Shown: piece after piece, positions 53,040 to 64,000 of the stretch
Layout of the letters: each line of letters opens with the position of its first letter
Position numbering within the stretch: position 1 is the first letter of the stretch
Assembly (NCBI GenBank): GCA_025786725.1
Contig: JAHLTZ010000039.1
Location: forward strand, 117,186 to 181,185
From: Syncephalis fuscata S228
Taxonomy: Eukaryota > Fungi > Zoopagomycota
DNA: 64,000 nt
Direction: 5' to 3'
The notes under the pieces: generated by a model
Database searches by the model: none
What the model saw: the letters and a program-made list of their open reading frames with translations, nothing else
Told to the model about the DNA's origin: nothing
Program-made: the position numbers and the translations under genes

Positions 53040-54224
53040 ATGAACCAACGACGTGGTGCGAAATACTTCGACCACGAACAAGCCCGTCAATCTTTCGCCG
53101 ACGAACTCATCCAAGATCCACCAGTAACCTTTCGATACCCAGATAACCAGTACGAACCACCGATCACAAGCCACACGAACGAATACACCGATACCCAGTA
53201 CGAACCACCGATCACAAGCCACACGAACGAATACACTACTGATACTCAAGAAGAAATAACACCCATTATGAACCCAGAATTGCCTAACACAAGTTTCGTT
53301 ACCAACGCTGACTTTATTTCAAGTTTGGTAACGCAAATTGTGTCCCAAAATAATGCTGCTACTGCCGATGCTGTTGTTACTGCCGCTGCCAATACTGCCG
53401 CTGCTATTGCCGCTATTCCATCTACTTCTGTCACTGCCCCTCCTACTGCTCGTCCATCTGCCCCGCCACGATACAACGGCAATGATAAGGATATTTCAGT
53501 AGAGACTTGGTTGTACCGTGCACGGCAATATGTCAGGTATATCCCTGATGAAATTGAACGCATCGAAGTAGCCGCCACTTATTTAGATGGCACTGCCTCT
53601 AGTTGGTGGCAGAGTAATACTATTCACTCTGACGGTGACTATAGTCATCCATATACCACTTGGAGTGCGTTTGCTCACGCACTACGCCAACACATCTGTC
53701 CCGGTACTTCGGTAGAAGAAGACGCTTTTAGTCGTCTTCACATGTTACGACAAGCCAACAAAAGTGTCAATGATTATACGTTAGAATTTAACAATTTAAG
53801 GCACACTTTTCCTATGCCTGATTCCGAAATGTGGCAGTTAGCTTTACGTATTATGTTTATTAATGGACTGAATCACGAAGTTAAATACGAAGTACAAAAA
53901 GCTACACCGTCTACATTACAATCAGCCATAGAAGTGGCTACTCATTTTGATTCGTTACGCAAGTACATTGGCAAATCATCAACTAACAACGTTCGCCATA
54001 ACACACCTCGTCCAACGCAACAACAACAGTTTCGCCCTCCGATTAACACACAACCAAGAAATGGCCCTATACCAATGGAACTAGACACCATTAATCGGTT
54101 ACCCCCACTCACTGATGCTGAACGCGAAACGTTACGACAAAACGGCGGCTGTTTCCGCTGTCGCCAATATGGCCACATCATGCGTTTTTGTCCTTTGAAT
54201 ACGGGAAAAGTCCAGCACCAGTAG
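53040..54224 (+). CDS. gag: Element B Gag
   Basis: Retrotransposon gag features ([25 protein letters not shown]), GPIPMELD and zinc knuckle [14 protein letters not shown]. Confidence 0.93.
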   Translation: MNQRRGAKYFDHEQARQSFADELIQDPPVTFRYPDNQYEPPITSHTNEYTDTQYEPPITSHTNEYTTDTQEEITPIMNPELPNTSFVTNADFISSLVTQIVSQNNAATADAVVTAAANTAAAIAAIPSTSVTAPPTARPSAPPRYNGNDKDISVETWLYRARQYVRYIPDEIERIEVAATYLDGTASSWWQSNTIHSDGDYSHPYTTWSAFAHALRQHICPGTSVEEDAFSRLHMLRQANKSVNDYTLEFNNLRHTFPMPDSEMWQLALRIMFINGLNHEVKYEVQKATPSTLQSAIEVATHFDSLRKYIGKSSTNNVRHNTPRPTQQQQFRPPINTQPRNGPIPMELDTINRLPPLTDAERETLRQNGGCFRCRQYGHIMRFCPLNTGKVQHQ

Positions 54225-57200
54225 TGTCAGCATCACAACCTACTGGTGCCCAACTAAATACTATTTCTGTTGATGCCACCCCCGATCTTCTCTCGCTTAC
54301 TTCTGATGATGAATTGCTTGTTTCTGCGCCATTATTTCCTCATGCTAATGTTGTTGATGACACTGATGCACTTTTAAAGGAACAAAGTTTATTGTCAAAA
54401 TATCCACACGCTCACGATTTATTACGTATCAATGCTCGTTTATTAGGTAGAAAAGTTACGGTACTAATAGATAGTGGAGCAGCTGATAACTTTGTATCCG
54501 CAAATCTTGTGAAACATATTCGCGCACACACCCATAAAGTTAAATACCCATCGACCGTACACGTGGCAGATGGCCGTTCGTATACGTGTGACCGCCAACT
54601 GGCTGGTGCGCTCCTTACTTCCACTGGTTACAAAGACCGTTTATCGTTTTTGGTTGTTCCTTTAGAACACGACGTAATACTCGGTAAACCGTGGCTAGCC
54701 CGCTATAATCCACAGATAGATTGGTTAATTAACACTGTTACGTTTATGCATGATAATCGACACATTGTATGGCAAGCAAATGCACATAGACAACCAACCA
54801 TATTGCCATTATCTGCCTTACAATTTAAACGCTATGCTAAACGAACAGATGAATTACACCTAGCCATTGTACGACCAGCCGATAATCCGCTAAATGAAGC
54901 TGCTAATCACTCAAATGACCCATCCATCACTCCAGTATTGACTGGATTACGCAACGACTTTGCTGACGTATTTCCCGACAAACTACCGAAACAATTGCCG
55001 CCAAAACGTGATGGATTAGATCATCGTATCGATTTGATACCAGGCGCAACACCACCCAGTAACGCCTTATACCGATTGTCCCCTCTGGAACTTAAAGAAC
55101 TTAAAACACAACTTACCGAATTACTTGACGCGGGATATATTCGTCCTAGTATATCGCCCTACGGTGCGCCTGTTCTTTTCGTCAAGAAGAAAGATGGTGG
55201 TATGCGCATGTGTGTTGATTATCGAGCGCTGAATAAAATCACTATCAAGAACAAGTACCCATTGCCAAGGATTGAAGATTTATTCGACCAAGTGTTAGGC
55301 GCAACTGTCTTTTCTAAGATAGATCTACGCTCTGCTTATCATCAACTACGTGTAGTAGAAGAGGATATACCCAAGACGGCCTTTCGCACCCGCTATGGTC
55401 ACTTTGAATGGCTAGTAGTTAGTTTTGGTCAAAGTAATGCACCATCCAGTTTTCAAACACTGGTAAACTATCTATTTAGGCCATTACTAGACAAATGTGT
55501 TATTGTCTATTTGGACGATATTCTCATCTACAGTAAAACACCAGAAGACCACGAACGACACCTACGCCAAGTATTACAAATACTTCGCGACAACCACTTA
55601 TACGCCAAATGGTCAAAATGTGAATTATTTAAGGATGAAGTTGAATATTTAGGCCATTTGCTATGTGCTAATGGTGTAAAAGCTGATCCAGCTAAGATAA
55701 AGGCCATTTCTGATTGGCCTACACCACGAAACGTCACTGATATACGCGCTTTTACAGGCTTGGCCAACTACTATAGAAAGTTTATTAAAAATTACTCTGC
55801 TATAGCCACACCACTTACCGATCTACTATGTCAAGATCGTCGTTTCTTATGGACCATTGAAGCTCAAAAATCATTTGATATACTAAAGAAGACAATGACC
55901 CAAGCTCCAGTATTACAAATAGTCGACGTACATCAGCCTTTCCGTGTAGAAACCGATGCTTCTGGCTTTGCTGTAGGTGCTGCCTTGTTGCAGCAAGATC
56001 GTGATGGCCATTGGCACCCCATTGCTTATCATTCGCGCAAAATGAAGCCCGCTGAACGCAATTATCCGGTACATGAACAAGAACTATTAGCATTAATAGA
56101 TGCTTTAAAGATTTGGCGCCACTACTTACATGGATCGTCATTTCACGCGTATACTGACCATAAAACCTTGCAGTACTTCCAGAGTCAACCGAATTTATCA
56201 ACCAGACAAGCAAGATGGTCAGAACTATTACAAGAATATGACGTATTGATCGAATATAAGCCCGGGAAAAACAATATTGTAGCCGATTCATTATCCAGAC
56301 GGCCTGATTTACAACTGTCCAGTTTAACTACTGTCAGTTTTACATATATTGATCAAATTAAAAACTTGTACGCCAACGATGTTGACTTTGGTGAAATATA
56401 CGCCCAGCTTAATACGACAACGCCACTTCCAGCTCTTCGTACCAAGTTAGTCAAGTATCGACTAACTGATGGATTGTTATATTTCAACGGTGATCGATTA
56501 TGTGTACCTAAAAATAACCAATTACGTCAAGATATACTACACGATCATCACGATGCCATCGTAGCCGGCCATCTAGGTGTAGATAAAACATACCTGGCTA
56601 TTCATCGCCATTTTTACTGGCCATCACTACACAACACCGTCCACCGCTATGTCACTTCCTGCGATACTTGCCAACGTAATAAGGCCACTAATCGACGACC
56701 AGGTGGCTTATTACAACCACTTGAAATACCTGCACATGCATGGGACTCAGTTAGTATGGATTTTATTACACATCTACCACTCACTGAAAAAGGTGCAGAT
56801 GCGTTAATGGTAGTAGTTGACCGCTTTAGTAAACAAGCCCACTTCGTGCCTACTACCAACACTGTCACAGCTGTTGACACCGCACGACTATACTTCGACC
56901 ATGTATATCGTCTACATGGTCTTCCACGATCCATAATCTCTGATCGTGACCCACGATTTACTAGCCGATTCTGGGAAGCCTTATTTGAATTTACCGGTAC
57001 TAAATTAGCCAGATCAACTGCAAATCATCCACAGACTGACGGCCAGACTGAGCGAACCAACAGAACCATCGAAGAAATGTTACGTCATGTTATTAGCCAA
57101 CAACAAGATGATTGGGATAAATACTTACCTGCATTAGAATTTGCCTATAACAATAGTACTAACGCTACTACTGGTATTACACCTTTCTTCTCTGTATATG

Positions 57201-57856
57201 GACGTCATCCAATAACAACGACTATGCCAGCTGATAGCGATAATATAACAGTACCAGCAGCTGAGGAGTTTTTACAGCGACTAGAAGCGATACAAAAGGC
57301 GGTAAAAGACAACATATCGTACGCTCAGGATAGACAGGCACAATATGCTAACCAACGACGTCGAGATGACACCTTCCAAATAGGTGATCGAGTAATGCTG
57401 TCAACACGACACACAATGCCACGACACGTAGCAGAACAGTCAAACTCCGCCCTTCGTACGCGTAAAACTGGCCCGTACACTATCATAGAGGTCATTAGTC
57501 CGACCGCGTACAAGATCGAACTACCACCAGGCATGCGCATTCACCCAGTTATACACATCTCTCAGCTTACCAGGTATAAAGATCCGAACGTATTTCCAGG
57601 ACGACCAACGGCAATTACTATGCCTATGCCAGAAATGATTGAAGGACAAGCTGAGTGGGAAGTGGAAAGAATAATAGGTAGAAGAACAAGAAAAGTGGGG
57701 ATGAATGACGTGGAGGAATACTTAGTAAAATGGAAAGGATACTCAAAAGATGACAGTTCTTGGGAGCCAATTGAAAACTTGCAAAATGCTCAAGAACTAT
57801 TAAATCAATACGAACACTCCACACACATACGATTAGCACTTGGGACAAGCGCCTGA
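54188..57856 (+). CDS. pol: Element B Pol (PR-RT-RNase H-IN-chromodomain)
   Basis: LIDSGA, YLDD, VETDAS, HHCC and DDE integrase motifs, and [10 protein letters not shown]...YLVKWKGY...SWEP chromodomain. Confidence 0.97.
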   Translation: MSFEYGKSPAPVVSASQPTGAQLNTISVDATPDLLSLTSDDELLVSAPLFPHANVVDDTDALLKEQSLLSKYPHAHDLLRINARLLGRKVTVLIDSGAADNFVSANLVKHIRAHTHKVKYPSTVHVADGRSYTCDRQLAGALLTSTGYKDRLSFLVVPLEHDVILGKPWLARYNPQIDWLINTVTFMHDNRHIVWQANAHRQPTILPLSALQFKRYAKRTDELHLAIVRPADNPLNEAANHSNDPSITPVLTGLRNDFADVFPDKLPKQLPPKRDGLDHRIDLIPGATPPSNALYRLSPLELKELKTQLTELLDAGYIRPSISPYGAPVLFVKKKDGGMRMCVDYRALNKITIKNKYPLPRIEDLFDQVLGATVFSKIDLRSAYHQLRVVEEDIPKTAFRTRYGHFEWLVVSFGQSNAPSSFQTLVNYLFRPLLDKCVIVYLDDILIYSKTPEDHERHLRQVLQILRDNHLYAKWSKCELFKDEVEYLGHLLCANGVKADPAKIKAISDWPTPRNVTDIRAFTGLANYYRKFIKNYSAIATPLTDLLCQDRRFLWTIEAQKSFDILKKTMTQAPVLQIVDVHQPFRVETDASGFAVGAALLQQDRDGHWHPIAYHSRKMKPAERNYPVHEQELLALIDALKIWRHYLHGSSFHAYTDHKTLQYFQSQPNLSTRQARWSELLQEYDVLIEYKPGKNNIVADSLSRRPDLQLSSLTTVSFTYIDQIKNLYANDVDFGEIYAQLNTTTPLPALRTKLVKYRLTDGLLYFNGDRLCVPKNNQLRQDILHDHHDAIVAGHLGVDKTYLAIHRHFYWPSLHNTVHRYVTSCDTCQRNKATNRRPGGLLQPLEIPAHAWDSVSMDFITHLPLTEKGADALMVVVDRFSKQAHFVPTTNTVTAVDTARLYFDHVYRLHGLPRSIISDRDPRFTSRFWEALFEFTGTKLARSTANHPQTDGQTERTNRTIEEMLRHVISQQQDDWDKYLPALEFAYNNSTNATTGITPFFSVYGRHPITTTMPADSDNITVPAAEEFLQRLEAIQKAVKDNISYAQDRQAQYANQRRRDDTFQIGDRVMLSTRHTMPRHVAEQSNSALRTRKTGPYTIIEVISPTAYKIELPPGMRIHPVIHISQLTRYKDPNVFPGRPTAITMPMPEMIEGQAEWEVERIIGRRTRKVGMNDVEEYLVKWKGYSKDDSSWEPIENLQNAQELLNQYEHSTHIRLALGTSA
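54203..54276 (+). promoter_or_regulatory. -1 ribosomal frameshift signal (slippery heptamer plus stem/pseudoknot)
   Basis: G GGA AAA at 54203-54209 in gag frame; perfect 10-bp stem 54215-54224/54240-54249; pol is in the -1 frame. Confidence 0.85.
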
Positions 57857-57867
57857 GAGGGAGGGGG
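57855..57867 (+). promoter_or_regulatory. Element B polypurine tract
   Basis: GAGAGGGAGGGGG, 3 nt before the 3' LTR. Confidence 0.9.
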
Positions 57868-57870
57868 TAT

Positions 57871-58208
57871 TGTAACAAAAATTCTCCCTCTCATTTATTA
57901 TTACCATTTTTAGACATTATGATCGGTGTTTAAACACACCGATCATCACACATGGTCCACGATGAAGTTAACACTCCGCCACCGCGTATTGTTTTATCTT
58001 TATCTTTTATTTTCTTTTATTTTTATTTTATTTTCTTTTATTGTTCTACTTAGATATTCCATATATCCAATAGAACAATATAAATACGCGTATGATTATG
58101 ACCACAAATAAAGACATTAGTTCACTTTCAATATTCATTTTTATTTTATATACATTATTGTATTGTGACTCGTAGTAACCGCAACAGTTCGCTGTATCTA
58201 CGGTTACA
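57871..58208 (+). repeat. Element B 3' LTR
   Basis: Direct repeat of 52645-52982. Confidence 0.97.
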
Positions 58209-58213
58209 ATACG

Positions 58214-59874
58214 CACAAGTCAAACGAGAATTATTTGGTTTATATCAGATGGTGAAGAAAATGAGGAAATATGTGCATGGTGTGAAATTTATCATTGAGA
58301 CAGACGCTAGACCTGTCATCGGCATGCTGAGAAAGCCTGATTTACCTAATGATGCAGCAAGTCGATGGGTAGCTTACCTTTCGTTGTTTAATTATGAAAT
58401 ACGTCATATTCCGGGTGATAAGAACGTAGTAGCTGATGCGCTTAGTCGTGTTGACATGGGACAAGAAATGTTGACAGATGAAGATGATGAAGATGACAAG
58501 GTGTTATGGAACTATCACATCGAGGACGTCAGCGGTGATGAATTATTTGGAGTGACTAGTGTCAAACAAGTTAATACTGATAAAATGACAGCTAGGTCGC
58601 CCTATTATTATTTATTGTATTTTCTCGAGCATGGTTGCATGCACAACGACTGTAATGATAGCAACAAGAAGAGGATTAGAACTCAGTTGAAGAAGTTTTT
58701 TATTAGCGATGGATTATTATTTCGGCGAGCGAAGACAGGAATGCCTAAGCGAGTCATAGGTGAAGAAGAAGAACAATTGCGTGTGACAACGATGGTGCAC
58801 GATGGACATCCATTTGCCCATAGAGGAGTAGAAGCAACATATAGGTTGTGCAGTGATCGATTTTATTGGTACGGGATGTACAACACTTGCAAAGAGGTGG
58901 TGAAAAGATGTGACATATGTCAGCGTACGCAAAGGAAAGGACAAGTAGAAGAGCTAAAACCGTTTATTGGTTCTACATTGTTCAAACGCATTGGATTCGA
59001 TTTAGTTAGACTTCCAGAAGCCACGACGGGTGAGATATATTTAGCAGTGGCCAGGGACGACTTCAGTGGATGGGTAGAAGCAAGAGCGCTGTGTAAAAAT
59101 AACGCGGTAGAAGCATACAAATTTTTATATGAAGATGTTATATGTCGGTTTGGTATACCTAGTGAAGTAGTAGCAGATCGTGGTGAACTTTATGGGCTGT
59201 TGATACGTCATGTAGCTGCTAAGGACGGAATTCGCATTAACTTCACAACAGCCTATCACCCCCAAGCAAATGGAATGATTGAACGAGGACATCAGGAACT
59301 AATGGGTGGACTGGTAAAAATAGTAGGAGAAGATTACGCAAACTGGCCTAAGTATTTGCACGCTGTGTTGTGGGCCGACAGAATTACCACTAAGCGTACA
59401 ACTCAGCGGAGCCCATATCAGCTGGTATACGGACAAGATTGTGTGTTGCCGTTTGACATAGATGAAGAAACTTGGCTTACCTTACAGTGGAAGAAAGAAA
59501 TGACGACTGAGGAATTATTAAGTATGCGGGCTAGACAATTATTATCAACCGCATGGGATAGGGAGGAAGCAGGAGTGAAGTTAGATAAGTCTAGGATGAA
59601 TAATAAGATGTATTACGACAAGAAGCAGAATGTTAGGAAGGGACCTGTTAAGATAGGAGAGATGGTATTACTTCGAGATAATAGACCCATACGTAAGACG
59701 GATGCTAAACTTACTCCAAGATGGATGGGACCATATATAGTGGTTGGTAGACCCAACAAGGGAGTATATGAGTTGACTGAGCTTGATGGTACGCGGATGC
59801 GAAGCACAATTTCCGGTAATCGCATAAAGCGATATTATGCGCCGATTATGACGGCTACATCTGGAAGTCAATGA
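58214..59874 (+). CDS. pol: Element A pol, 3' part (RNase H and integrase)
   Basis: Removing B and one TSD restores RRYAQVKRELFG; IETDARP, NVVADALSR, HHCC and DDE integrase motifs; no chromodomain. Confidence 0.93.
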
Positions 59875-59900
59875 AGTAACTTCCAACAGGGTCCCGCGGT

Positions 59901-60244
59901 TGTGGTAAAGGAAATGTGCTGGTGCCAATTTTACTAATTTTAGCTGATGAACACATAGCTCGGCTTTGCCACTCTAAGCATGGCGCGCTTTTAATATAAA
60001 TAAGATGAATAGTGCGCGTATAATTAAAAAAAAAAAAGAACAAGGAGCAGTTCACGTTTGAGTTATATTTAGTCGTTTATCTTAAAGCAAGTCCGAGTAC
60101 TTGTGGAGTTTATTCGTGTGGTCATATACATCTCAGAGTTGAGGTGTCGTGTCAATTACTATCGTAGTTATCATTTTAAGCGTACACTTAAATCCTTTTC
60201 AGGATGAGCCTTCCAACAAATCGTGGAAACGAACAACTACCACA
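59901..60244 (+). repeat. Element A 3' LTR
   Basis: Direct repeat of 48955-49298. Confidence 0.97.
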
Positions 60245-60299
60245 TTTGAGCTTTATTTTTGTCGGAACACGTACTTTGCTTGCCAAGTTTATTGTAAAC

Positions 60300-61364
60300 A
60301 TGTCGTCTTCAAACAACTCCACCTCATATGGCAATGCTGAGCCATCTTATCATGCCGCGTCGTTGGCATCTAACGACACTCCGCTTAAGTCGCTATCACA
60401 TTCTAGCCACGTACCAGATGCTGTTAATACATCAGTTGCTGGCCCATCCGCCTCCCCCGTCCCTCCTGCCTCTACTATATCTACTGCTTCTACTGCAGCC
60501 AATGCACCACTTAAACCATCTGATGACGACAGTATAAACACCTGCTTCCTCAAAAAGACGCCCATGCTATGGGACAGCCTGCCTCATGCTGAGATGCGTG
60601 ATGTAGCTGGATGGATAGAAGTGTTCGACTTGGAACGCACAGGTAAGTAAAAGTTTATAAATAACCGTGGTGTAATTGGCTGATCAATATTATAGAGATA
60701 TTGATAAAAGTTGGGCAAACTTTTATCTTTGGAAGTGGCGTCGAGTGGTAAGTATTGAATTAACTACTATTTGGGGTAAAATGACTTTTACTAACAACTA
60801 TGTAACGATGACTTTATTAATATAGTGATTATGTTATTCCGGGGGCAGAGGTACCTGAACAATGGTTCCGTATATTTATGGTAATTGCCATATCAACGTT
60901 TAATAACTTGTACTAATTATTACGGGTTGATATAGGAAGGGAACTTGATTATGTTCCAAGTAAGTATATTATTTTTATTTCCATTTATAACTAAATTTTA
61001 TTTAGAACATTAGCGGCGATCCATTAACTGGTAATTATAAAAATATCACTTAGTTATGCGCTAACATGCTGTACAGTTAATGGTAAATTGATGGAAAAAA
61101 CCAACAAAATTATTTTTTTAAATGGCGGGTTTATCAGTATTCCTGGCTGTGAAAGTAGGTTATAAAATAGCTATAATTATTATAATTAATAATCAATTAT
61201 TAGTAACCTTTCGCGTGTATAATCTGGAACTCACAGACCACATTGTACCCGACAACAGCCCAGATTATAAAATGGTAGGTTTAATTAACATATGATATTA
61301 AAATAATTTAACACAATAACGTATAGGCTGTTGGAAAAAAATATACCATCAGCAAGGCCATACT
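60300..61364 (+). pseudogene. FHA-like + kinase copy 3, 5' half, disrupted by a second copy of element B
   Basis: Exons splice in frame to ...ILIKVGQTFIFGSGVECDYVIPGAEVPEQWFRIFMEGNLIMFQNISGDPLTVNGKLMEKTNKIIFLNGGFISIPGCEITFRVY...KKYTISKAIL, then an LTR begins. Confidence 0.9.
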
Positions 61365-64000
61365 TGTAACCGTAGATACAGCGAACTGTTGCGGTTACTA
61401 CGAGTCACAATACAATAATGTATATAAAATAAAAATGAATATTGAAAGTGAACTAATGTCTTTATTTGTGGTCATAATCATACGCGTATTTATATTGTTC
61501 TATTGGATATATGGAATATCTAAGTAGAACAATAAAAGAAAATAAAATAAAAATAAAAGAAAATAAAAGATAAAGATAAAACAATACGCGGTGGCGGAGT
61601 GTTAACTTCATCGTGGACCATGTGTGATGATCGGTGTGTTTAAACACCGATCATAATGTCTAAAAATGGTAATAATAAATGAGAGGGAGAATTTTTGTTA
61701 CAATACCCCCCTCCCTCTCAGGCGCTTGTCCCAAGTGCTAATCGTATGTGTGTGGAGTGTTCGTATTGATTTAATAGTTCTTGAGCATTTTGCAAGTTTT
61801 CAATTGGCTCCCAAGAACTGTCATCTTTTGAGTATCCTTTCCATTTTACTAAGTATTCCTCCACGTCATTCATCCCCACTTTTCTTGTTCTTCTACCTAT
61901 TATTCTTTCCACTTCCCACTCAGCTTGTCCTTCAATCATTTCTGGCATAGGCATAGTAATTGCCGTTGGTCGTCCTGGAAATACGTTCGGATCTTTATAC
62001 CTGGTAAGCTGAGAGATGTGTATAACTGGGTGAATGCGCATGCCTGGTGGTAGTTCGATCTTGTACGCGGTCGGACTAATGACCTCTATGATAGTGTACG
62101 GGCCAGTTTTACGCGTACGAAGGGCGGAGTTTGACTGTTCTGCTACGTGTCGTGGCATTGTGTGTCGTGTTGACAGCATTACTCGATCACCTATTTGGAA
62201 GGTGTCATCTCGACGTCGTTGGTTAGCATATTGTGCCTGTCTATCCTGAGCGTACGATATGTTGTCTTTTACCGCCTTTTGTATCGCTTCTAGTCGCTGT
62301 AAAAACTCCTCAGCTGCTGGTACTGTTATATTATCGCTATCAGCTGGCATAGTCGTTGTTATTGGATGACGTCCATATACAGAGAAGAAAGGTGTAATAC
62401 CAGTAGTAGCGTTAGTACTATTGTTATAGGCAAATTCTAATGCAGGTAAGTATTTATCCCAATCATCTTGTTGTTGGCTAATAACATGACGTAACATTTC
62501 TTCGATGGTTCTGTTGGTTCGCTCAGTCTGGCCGTCAGTCTGTGGATGATTTGCAGTTGATCTGGCTAATTTAGTACCGGTAAATTCAAATAAGGCTTCC
62601 CAGAATCGGCTAGTAAATCGTGGGTCACGATCAGAGATTATGGATCGTGGAAGACCATGTAGACGATATACATGGTCGAAGTATAGTCGTGCGGTGTCAA
62701 CAGCTGTGACAGTGTTGGTAGTAGGCACGAAGTGGGCTTGTTTACTAAAGCGGTCAACTACTACCATTAACGCATCTGCACCTTTTTCAGTGAGTGGTAG
62801 ATGTGTAATAAAATCCATACTAACTGAGTCCCATGCATGTGCAGGTATTTCAAGTGGTTGTAATAAGCCACCTGGTCGTCGATTAGTGGCCTTATTACGT
62901 TGGCAAGTATCGCAGGAAGTGACATAGCGGTGGACGGTGTTGTGTAGTGATGGCCAGTAAAAATGGCGATGAATAGCCAGGTATGTTTTATCTACACCTA
63001 GATGGCCGGCTACGATGGCATCGTGATGATCGTGTAGTATATCTTGACGTAATTGGTTATTTTTAGGTACACATAATCGATCACCGTTGAAATATAACAA
63101 TCCATCAGTTAGTCGATACTTGACTAACTTGGTACGAAGAGCTGGAAGTGGCGTTGTCGTATTAAGCTGGGCGTATATTTCACCAAAGTCAACATCGTTG
63201 GCGTACAAGTTTTTAATTTGATCAATATATGTAAAACTGACAGTAGTTAAACTGGACAGTTGTAAATCAGGCCGTCTGGATAATGAATCGGCTACAATAT
63301 TGTTTTTCCCGGGCTTATATTCGATCAATACGTCATATTCTTGTAATAGTTCTGACCATCTTGCTTGTCTGGTTGATAAATTCGGTTGACTCTGGAAGTA
63401 CTGCAAGGTTTTATGGTCAGTATACGCGTGAAATGACGATCCATGTAAGTAGTGGCGCCAAATCTTTAAAGCATCTATTAATGCTAATAGTTCTTGTTCA
63501 TGTACCGGATAATTGCGTTCAGCGGGCTTCATTTTGCGCGAATGATAAGCAATGGGGTGCCAATGGCCATCACGATCTTGCTGCAACAAGGCAGCACCTA
63601 CAGCAAAGCCAGAAGCATCGGTTTCTACACGGAAAGGCTGATGTACGTCGACTATTTGTAATACTGGAGCTTGGGTCATTGTCTTCTTTAGTATATCAAA
63701 TGATTTTTGAGCTTCAATGGTCCATAAGAAACGACGATCTTGACATAGTAGATCGGTAAGTGGTGTGGCTATAGCAGAGTAATTTTTAATAAACTTTCTA
63801 TAGTAGTTGGCCAAGCCTGTAAAAGCGCGTATATCAGTGACGTTTCGTGGTGTAGGCCAATCAGAAATGGCCTTTATCTTAGCTGGATCAGCTTTTACAC
63901 CATTAGCACATAGCAAATGGCCTAAATATTCAACTTCATCCTTAAATAATTCACATTTTGACCATTTGGCGTATAAGTGGTTGTCGCGAAGTATTTGTAA
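61365..64000 (-). mobile_element. Second copy of element B (3' LTR 61365-61702, PPT, 3' part of pol), running off the window
   Basis: Reverse complement of the 3' ~2.6 kb of element B; ORF 61718-63916 translation matches the C-terminal part of Pol 54188-57856. Confidence 0.97.
61718..64000 (-). CDS. pol: Element B copy 2 Pol, partial (RT end, RNase H, integrase, chromodomain)
   Basis: Same peptide as the nested copy. Confidence 0.95.
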   Translation of the reverse strand, partial: LQILRDNHLYAKWSKCELFKDEVEYLGHLLCANGVKADPAKIKAISDWPTPRNVTDIRAFTGLANYYRKFIKNYSAIATPLTDLLCQDRRFLWTIEAQKSFDILKKTMTQAPVLQIVDVHQPFRVETDASGFAVGAALLQQDRDGHWHPIAYHSRKMKPAERNYPVHEQELLALIDALKIWRHYLHGSSFHAYTDHKTLQYFQSQPNLSTRQARWSELLQEYDVLIEYKPGKNNIVADSLSRRPDLQLSSLTTVSFTYIDQIKNLYANDVDFGEIYAQLNTTTPLPALRTKLVKYRLTDGLLYFNGDRLCVPKNNQLRQDILHDHHDAIVAGHLGVDKTYLAIHRHFYWPSLHNTVHRYVTSCDTCQRNKATNRRPGGLLQPLEIPAHAWDSVSMDFITHLPLTEKGADALMVVVDRFSKQAHFVPTTNTVTAVDTARLYFDHVYRLHGLPRSIISDRDPRFTSRFWEALFEFTGTKLARSTANHPQTDGQTERTNRTIEEMLRHVISQQQDDWDKYLPALEFAYNNSTNATTGITPFFSVYGRHPITTTMPADSDNITVPAAEEFLQRLEAIQKAVKDNISYAQDRQAQYANQRRRDDTFQIGDRVMLSTRHTMPRHVAEQSNSALRTRKTGPYTIIEVISPTAYKIELPPGMRIHPVIHISQLTRYKDPNVFPGRPTAITMPMPEMIEGQAEWEVERIIGRRTRKVGMNDVEEYLVKWKGYSKDDSSWEPIENLQNAQELLNQYEHSTHIRLALGTSA

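Larger units (their letters stand above)
52645..58208 (+). mobile_element. Chromovirus-type Ty3/gypsy LTR retrotransposon B (intact, nested in A)
   Basis: 338-bp LTRs TGTAAC...GTTACA (52645-52982 and 57871-58208), 5-bp TSD ATACG (52640-52644 and 58209-58213), PBS, PPT and open gag and pol. Confidence 0.98.
48955..60244 (+). mobile_element. Ty3/gypsy LTR retrotransposon A (full length, interrupted by element B)
   Basis: 344-bp LTRs TGTGGTA...TACCACA; 4-bp TSD TTTG (48951-48954 and 60245-60248), with the empty site visible at 43348-43351; gag-PR and RT-RH-IN ORFs. Confidence 0.97.
46381..61364 (+). repeat. Tandem unit copy B, interrupted by LTR retrotransposons
   Basis: Spacer 46388-48954 and kinase 5' half 60245-61364 are near-identical to copy A. 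Confidence 0.93.

Noticed and set aside
58165-58213. ORF track shows A pol 3' half starting inside the B LTR
   Set aside because: GTG start and chance open frame; the true continuity is with 51225-52644.

Overview
AT-rich eukaryotic DNA with many short (about 50-60 nt) GT-AG introns; the gene set is fungal, and an early-diverging lineage is my inference. The first 40 kb hold mostly housekeeping genes: a peroxisomal-type DHAP/glycerol-3-phosphate acyltransferase ending in AKL, site-2 protease, Nup98-Nup96, a formin, tRNA-Thr(CGT), an intronless ArsC-family gene, mitochondrial S2 and an ALR1/CorA transporter, plus a decayed MULE transposon. The most unusual feature is a ~5.6-kb unit made of a non-coding spacer, a Mek1/Chk2-like kinase gene and a conserved hairpin-bearing element. 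The kinase has a degenerate FHA domain, no Thr at the usual activation-loop site and an 8-nt catalytic micro-exon. The unit occurs as a near-identical tandem pair from 40.8 kb and as a diverged inverted copy at 12.5-18.1 kb, flanked by a ~435-bp duplication of the site-2-protease 5' end. The second tandem copy carries three young Ty3/gypsy insertions: element A, whose LTR-encoded ATG is fused in frame to the kinase, a chromovirus B nested in A, and a second B copy in the kinase Gly-rich loop. Scattered 1-nt frameshifts in Nup98-96 suggest consensus errors, so small indels elsewhere are treated with caution. Multi-exon coordinates were traced by eye and are approximate.
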